Shown here: piece after piece, positions 57,538 to 64,000 of the stretch | Position numbering within the stretch: position 1 is the first letter of the stretch | Layout: every line of letters begins with the position of its first letter | Source of the DNA: Plasmodiophora brassicae | Taxonomy: Eukaryota | Reading direction: 5' to 3' | Assembly (NCBI GenBank): GCA_036867785.1 | Contig: CP145419.1 | Coordinates: 744,001-808,000, forward strand | Length of the DNA stretch: 64,000 bases | The notes under the pieces: model-generated | Seen by the model: the letters and a program-made list of their open reading frames with translations, nothing else | What the model was told of the DNA's origin: nothing | Databases searched by the model: none | Program-made: the position numbers and the translations under genes

Positions 57538-58292
57538 GCCTCTATGAACATGGCAAAGTGAATGCCACTGAGGAACTGAAGCGACAGATGGATTATGACA
57601 ATGAGCGTTTCGCCATTGAAGTCTTCAAGGACTGCAGGCACAGTCCGGAGACAGGGGAATTGGAATTGTTGATCGGATGGAAGGGTTTCTCTGAAGCGGA
57701 GGATTCATGGGAGCCAATCTGCAGGTTGGCGATGGATGTACCGAAGCTGGTGAAGGCACATGCCGCCAGGATGAGGAAGGAGAAACATCACCTTGCTGAT
57801 GAGGTTAAGGAGTTACTTAAGGCGGAAGGAGTCCAGTAGGCTAGTCATGCTTTTTTCCCGGATGCGCGCTGGGTTATTTTAATGCCGACGGCCATGTGAC
57901 GACAGAAGCCAAAACTGTGTTCTACGAAGATTGAGACTTAATTATGTTAATTAGACTATATTAAGGAGAAGACATGATTAGGATACACCACCACTGAAGA
58001 CACCTGCAAGGAGGAGCATTTCGTTGAAGGAGGGGAATGTGCCGGCTCCAAGCTATAAGACAAGAATAGCTCATGTGATCCGGCTAGGCCGCCCTAAGAA
58101 TGACGGACATGCACGGAGTGCGCACGGAGTCCGCACGGCGTCCGTGGGAGCTGCAGGTCGGGGACACAGTAGTATATACACCTAACTGTATAACGTAACT
58201 ATGGAGAACCAGGGAGGGCCCGGCGCCACGGCCTTTCAGGTACCGCTATAAATAGCCCCCCCACACACCCCTCCGTCCGCCTCGCCCCTGCC

Positions 58293-58723
58293 AATTTCAC
58301 TGTCATATGAAACGGACGAATTTCACTGTCATATGAAACGGACGAATTTCACTGTCATATGAAACGGACGAATTTCACGAATTTCACTGTCATATGAAAC
58401 GGACGAATTTCACTGTCATATGAAACGGACGAATTTCACTGTCATATGAAACGGACGAATTTCACTGTCATATGAAACGGACGAATGTCACTGTCATATG
58501 AAACGGACGATATTAGCAAATTCAATGTCATATAAAACGGACGATATATCCTCGATCGGGACGCCTCCACACATGAAACGGACGAATTTCACTGTCATAT
58601 GAAACGGACGAATTTCACTGTCATATGAACGGACGAATTTCACTGTCATATGAAACGGACGATATTGGCAAATTCAATGTCATATAAAACGGACGATATA
58701 TCCTCGATCGGGGCGCCTCCACA
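58293..58723 (+). repeat. 26-bp tandem array (AATTTCACTGTCATATGAAACGGACG) with higher-order duplication
   Basis: Units at 58293, 58319, 58345, 58380, 58406 and onward; about 13 full or variant copies; tail ATATATCCTCGATCGGG..GCCTCCACAC occurs twice. Confidence 0.95.
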
Positions 58724-58963
58724 CGCAAGCACCCACCGAGAGGGCGGCTCGCCCCAACGACGCTAGAGCGAGGCGGGCACAATGTTGCAGGAACCGATCC
58801 GCGCAGCGAATCGGTAACGACATATCACCCGTGTCGCCAGTGATCACACTGCTGCAGGCTACGAGGTGACGTCACGCGTCCTTGCCAGTCGAATACTTTG
58901 TGACACAGTGCGTACCAGCGTCGACTGTGGTGACGCGTCATAACTCTAACGGGCCGACTAACG

Positions 58964-61704
58964 ATGGCATTCGCTTCCTCCAGCAAGTCTGCGCTCAAGA
59001 AGATGTGCACTGTACGCCGTCTGGTGTCGTCTAGGGCGCGCAAGGACGTCGACGAGTTGAGGACACTTCTGGGCAACTACGTCGAAGAGCACCTGTCACA
59101 TCCCGGGATACAGGTGGACGTTCTGCAGACATCCACCGGGTCGACAAGACGAACGACAGGAGAGTTGCTGCCGTCGCCGTATCAACCCGATCGTACGACG
59201 CCTGTTGACGTGGCCGCGTTGGGCGACGATGGCACCGCTGTCCTTGACGACCACGATACTGGAGACGGCAATGGGGTTTCCGAGTCGACGTCGTATAGGG
59301 CGGTGAAGATCACTGCGAACGAAGATCAAACAGACGATGAGATCTCGTTGCGTCCCGGTGACGTGGTACTCGTCCATGTTCGCCTTCTCGTCCGAGCTGC
59401 ACTGCCGGTGCCAATTCGTCGGGTGATCCAGGATCAGACCATGGGCAGAAGTAAGCGCAATCAGATCGGGTGCGCCCTTGTGCACTTCAACCGCTTCCTC
59501 GACGATCCTGCCATGCGGCAGGTTATCGCCGCACGGCGATGGGAGCAGTTGACGGTGGACGAGGCCACGCCCGATGTGTTCGAGCAGTTCGTCACATTTT
59601 TGATCGAGAGGTCGCCCTCGATTCGAAAATGGGAGACCGCCAGCGCCTACGTGGCCCAGATGAGGGACGCGTTGGCGCAACGGTTCAAGGCGGACAACCC
59701 GGAACTTGCCATCTTGGATGACAAGTGGTACAAGGCCGTCCGGTCGACAGTGAAGAAGGCGTTTGTGGAGCGGGCCAATGTCACTGGGTCCGCTTTCATC
59801 GACCGGGCGCCTGCCCTGCAGAAGGAGGGCGTCCAGCAGGTTGGGCACGCCCTGTTCTTGGAGATGGGAGAACCGGCCACCAGTGCGGCTGCTGCCCATG
59901 ACAGGTAATCTCGGCCTTGTGTGTGAGTATACCGCCTTTGACAATGTGTCGCGGTCAGATTCCTAATTGCGTTCCAGTGGGCCATCCTGGGCCGTGCAAG
60001 CGATGCAGCCCTGATGCGGAAATCAGACCTGCAGTGGGACGCCGGCTCTGGAGCTGCCCTTGCAGGGGTCAGCCGTCAGAAAACTACCAACGAAGCGCCG
60101 CTGCTGATTTACTGCGATCGGAACGATTATCGTGCCGATATGTTCCACGCACTGGGCAGCCTGGTCGCGACAGTCAGCGATCAAAGCCAGGTCGTCTTGT
60201 TGTTGCTTCGCCCGTCCGTTACGTCCTCTGATTGTCGTTCTTTGCAGGAACTGTTTCCACGGATAAGGGGCACCAGCAGCGCGTCAGCGTATCTGAACCG
60301 AATGTTCGATACGCTGGTTGACCGATACGAGCACCTCGTGTCGGTCTCGCCTAGCCTGGGCGACCTCGGTGGTCACGTGCATCGACGAACCAGGTCCCAC
60401 TCTCTGCGTCGTGGTGCTACCACGGCCGCTGCTGCTGCTGATGGGGTAACACTCAGCAGTATTATTTATCGCGGCGGGTGGAACCTGGAATCGATGTGCA
60501 CCGCCTTGGAGTACATCGTGGGCGGGGGTGCCGGTGACGCTAGGGTCGGTCGCGTCCTGGCTGGTTGGCCTAGCGGTTCCGGTGGGCAACCGATGTCTTT
60601 CGCCTTCGTGAAAGACAATACTCACGAGAAAGCACGTGTCGACGCTTGGGTTCGCGCCGTTTTCGGTTCGAACTGGCATCTATGGTCCAGGACGTCCCCT
60701 GGACTGCTGACAGTTTGCGCAGCCAGCATGCTCATGTACCTGCCGCAGACGTTGAAGGGAGCCGGTGACTCTCTCGAACAACCCGTTCACCGTAAGTGCC
60801 TGTTGAGATTGGGCGTCTCTATTCGTAATCAATTGTTGGTTCAGCTTTGCATAAGACGATGAGCCGTGCTTGCGATGAGATCGGCTTGCCGAGATCGACT
60901 CTGATGGGATGGTCAGGGGAGATCCTCGTCGAGTTCCTCAAAGCGAACATCACCGCGATCCCGGGCAGCATGCTGCGAGACGCACAGCCGGAGGTGGCGG
61001 CCCGACTGACCGTGGACGTCTTCTCGCTGACGGACACGGTCGAGCGCCTATGCCACACGGTTCTCCAGCTTCATGACACCGTGCTGGACCTGCAGCGAGA
61101 GAACCGCCAACAGGCCCTCGCAATGGCTCAAACGCAGAGCCAGATTATGGAGGTCCTGATGTCTGGCAGGCCTCCTGCAGAGGCGGAATCGACTTCCGAT
61201 ATCGCCGCTGGCCGGGGTCCAGCAAGGTCGTCGCCTGATGGTCCCGAGCGCGAGCTTCGCCATCCCGCAGCCGAGCGGACGTTGGACGACGCCGTGCCCA
61301 AGCTCACCGATATGAGCGTCAAGACTGCGTTCCACGCCTGGCATGCTGCTGGGCTTAAGACGCTCAGGTACGACGCCGCACGGGTCAAGAGCCAGCTGAA
61401 GCAGCTGGTGGAGGAGTATTGCCCTTTGTTCCTGGACCCTGATGATGACGTGGAAGCCCAGAATGGAGAAACGGAAGCGGCATACGACCGTCGTATTCAC
61501 GATATGGCTGCCAAGGTGGAGTCGCGAATCATCAGGTTCTTGGGCGACTGGTACCGCCCACATGTGGCCCGTACGACCAACTCAACCAGGAAGCCGCGTA
61601 AGCTGACAAGGACGGCTGTGCGGGGCACTTTAAACGAGCTCCGGAATGCCTGCAAAGGACTTTCCAAGGAAGACGTTGCGGCGAAATTGTCTTTACTAAA
61701 CTAG
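58964..61704 (+). CDS. Crypton-type tyrosine recombinase, spliced
   Basis: Introns 59905-59958, 60191-60247 and 60792-60844 give one frame; catalytic R (LGRASD), K (RQKT), HxxR (SHSLRRG), W (RGGW), Y (LEYI), then RVLAGW; start uncertain. Confidence 0.88.
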
Positions 61705-61741
61705 GTCGCGAGATTGCACATCGTGCTGCATGTATTGAGTC

Positions 61742-63693
61742 TTAATTGCATGCCGGGCAATGAGTAGCCGTGGAAGCGCCAGAGAAGTACGCGCTCAGGG
61801 CCCATGCGAAGCAGGATGAGTGATGATTTGAACCAATCTGAGCCAAACGTTGCATCTCGTTGTAGTCAGAGATGTCATCATCGACCCTGTCCTTGCCAAT
61901 CTTCAGAATTTCAGCCGCCAAGTCGTCCAAATTCAGGTCACGTTTCAGAATGCGGATCACCTCACAGCGCCCGCCGAAACGCGACGCTCGTTGGGATTCG
62001 TGCTCGTCAAGTTCGCGAACATCGGCAATTAGTCGAACCTGCTCCAAGTTTGTTGCGGTGAACGTGTTGTTGTTCGATTGGATACTCTGACGGAGGACCT
62101 GCGAAGTGCCGGGATTCCCATTATCCAGTTTCGTCCAGACACGTCTCGAAGGCCGCACGCGAAGAAATCCGGTCTCGACCATGTCGATAATGCCTTTGGC
62201 GTACATCCAAGTTAGAATAGACAGCTTGGTGGTTCCATTCCGATCCGAGACATCGACATAACCTACACCGCCATGGTCACCTGCAGCACAAATGTCGCGT
62301 ACATGATCCTTCACAACGGTTTCTTCCAAATAGCATCTCTGGATGTTCGACAGCTGCTGCGCATCGATCTCCTTGCAGCAAATAGTGACGCACTGGCCAT
62401 TGCTGTCGGGACGCCGAGCCGCACGCCCTGCCTGCTGAACGAAATCCATTGGACTGCTTGGTAGGCCGTATTGGACGATCAGTCCTACGTCCATGCGGTT
62501 GATACCCAAGGAGAAAGCAACCGTGGCTACCATAATGGCGGACTGGTGCTGCTCCCAGCCTAGCTGCTGACGTTCGCGTACAGGTTCAGGCATACCTGGA
62601 AGAAGATATTAGACATCGTAGCTCTCTGTTGGTAACTATTGTTTTCGTACCACCACGATACTTGAAGACCGGCCGAGACGGAGGAACATGTTTGACCAAC
62701 AGATCATGCACCTTATCAGCGTGTTCTCGCCGCAACACGTAGACAATGGCCGCATTGCCATCATCGCAACGAGAGATGATATTAATAAGCATCGCGTCTG
62801 CGTTCGCCATGGCCTCGCAGTGCACAAACCGATGCCCGACATTGGTGCGTGCAGACGGGGCCCAAACGACATTGTTTGCATCGATGTCGAAATGCATCAG
62901 CATGCGGGGTAAACGACGCTTTGACAGAGTAGCCGTCAATACCAGAATAGGGCAGAGCAATCGCACAGCGATCAGAGCAGCGCGATGATAGTCTGCGCGG
63001 AACCGTTCTCCCCATTGTATAGCGGTGTCCCCTTCGTCGAAAGTAACGAACGAAACATGTGTGAGAGTCGATGGACACACTTGGAATAGTCGTACAAACA
63101 TTTCGGGACTGATGAACAGGAGTTTCAGTCCCTTCCCGAAACGGGAATATATTGCCTGTCGTTCAGTCGGCGTTCTGGTACCTGTTCAACATGCGATTTA
63201 GAGTCGAAACGACATAGTGCATTGACAATGCACAACCGTTGACAATGTCTACTGTGCCCTTGAAGTATTTACAGGCCTGTTGATACTGATCAAGTATCAA
63301 GCTGTTCAACGGTGAAACGACGATGCCAGTGCCTGGAAGCTCCTTGGCAGCCGCCTGGTACACAAGCGACTTCCCGGAACCTGTTGGGCTAACGAACAAG
63401 GTTGAACGGCCGTCCACGATTGACGTTATTGCTTCACGTTGACCAGGTCGGAGAGAACGAATCCCCATTGCACCCATGAGCTCCTCGGTCCCTGAAGTCT
63501 TCCGCCGAGCCATCTCCCGCCGAGCCATCTTATGGCATGATGCGTTCTCGTTCGGGACCATGAGACGTTTCATGGTACGTGCAAGCAGAAGACAGACTAC
63601 AACGCCCTCGCGTTCGACGACGACCGGCGCTTGGTTGCAATTTGGCGCGATGGCCGGAGAATCTTTGAACTGCGCAAATAGAATCCTCTCCAT
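61742..63693 (-). CDS. RecQ-family SF2 DNA helicase, spliced
   Basis: LRPGQ, PTGSGKS, SPLNSL, ISPE, DEGD, QWGERFRADY, LTAT, YRGGM, ATVAFSLGIN, QQAGRAAR; C-terminal C...CPAC; introns 63182-63236 and 62596-62650 restore the frame. Confidence 0.9.
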
Positions 63694-63743
63694 TGTATGT
63701 AGCTACCTATGTAGCTACATCGTGAAATCTATGCTCCTCCACT

Positions 63744-63932
63744 GGAATGTGGGAGGGCGCTGCCTCCTGGAAGGCGGGACCAAATGCCGTTTCTATGCAG
63801 GAATTTGTGTTAGAAATCGCTCACAGCTTCTAGAGCGGAATGTGGGAGCGCGCCGCCTTCCTGGAAGGAGAGGCCAGATGCCGTTTCTATGCAGGAATTT
63901 GTGTTAGAAATCGCTAGCAGCTTCTAGAGCGG
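63744..63932 (+). repeat. Two-copy direct repeat of about 93 bp upstream of the helicase
   Basis: GGAATGTGGGAG...ATGCCGTTTCTATGCAGGAATTTGTGTTAGAAATCGCT...CAGCTTCTAGAGCGG at 63744 and 63837. Confidence 0.9.
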
Positions 63933-64000
63933 CGCCTGGCGGCGGGCCCTTCATGGCTGCGGGCTCCCGCCGGGTCGCCCTCCGCCTGCGTTCCCACTAT

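Larger units (their letters stand above)
43885..58169 (+). mobile_element. Family A copy 3, host of several nested insertions; 3' LTR truncated at 58169
   Basis: 5' LTR 43885-44800 split by a MITE; gag split by element C; integrase split by family B copy 2; 3' LTR 58038-58169. Confidence 0.95.
58200..64000 (+). mobile_element. CryptonS-like tyrosine-recombinase transposon carrying a RecQ helicase
   Basis: Starts TATGG at 58200; window ends ...CTAT; imperfect subterminal inverted repeat; repeat arrays near both ends; convergent recombinase and helicase genes. Confidence 0.72.

Noticed and set aside
58293-58723. Possible CRISPR array
   Set aside because: Repeats are head-to-tail with no unique spacers, the context is eukaryotic and there are no cas genes.
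59096-59944. 282-aa antisense ORF over the recombinase, and similar antisense ORFs over gag-pol
   Set aside because: Shadow ORFs expected in GC-rich coding DNA; no motifs.

Overview
Eukaryotic, GC-rich, compact genome with ~50-60 nt GT-AG introns and a cilium gene (FAM183/CFAP144). This fits a zoosporic protist; a plasmodiophorid such as Plasmodiophora brassicae is my inference, not a database result. Positions 1-13.5 kb are gene-dense: DHHC palmitoyltransferase, NDUFAF5, a PPR-like protein, FAM183, an Sfi1-like gene with an antisense intronic tRNA-Thr, and secreted proteins. Most of 14.9-64 kb is a young nested transposon cluster around a family of signal-peptide + zinc-finger genes, interrupted by a small island (AstE/AspA-like, UTP11, secreted MORN protein). 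The cluster holds three copies of chromoviral Ty3/Gypsy family A, two of family B (both inside A), a gag-protease-only LTR element C, hAT derivatives and a Zisupton/KDZ-like relic. Highlights: (1) an apparently intact CryptonS-like tyrosine-recombinase element (~58.2-64.0 kb) carrying a convergent RecQ helicase gene and terminal repeat arrays; (2) families A and B have no tRNA primer-binding site (PBS) but share a covarying palindromic hairpin at the LTR/PBS junction; (3) one A copy lacks exactly a 54-nt GT-AG intron; (4) swapped LTR SNPs and a swapped target-site duplication (TSD) indicate an inversion between two A copies; (5) a secreted zinc-finger effector-like family with one intact and two disabled members.
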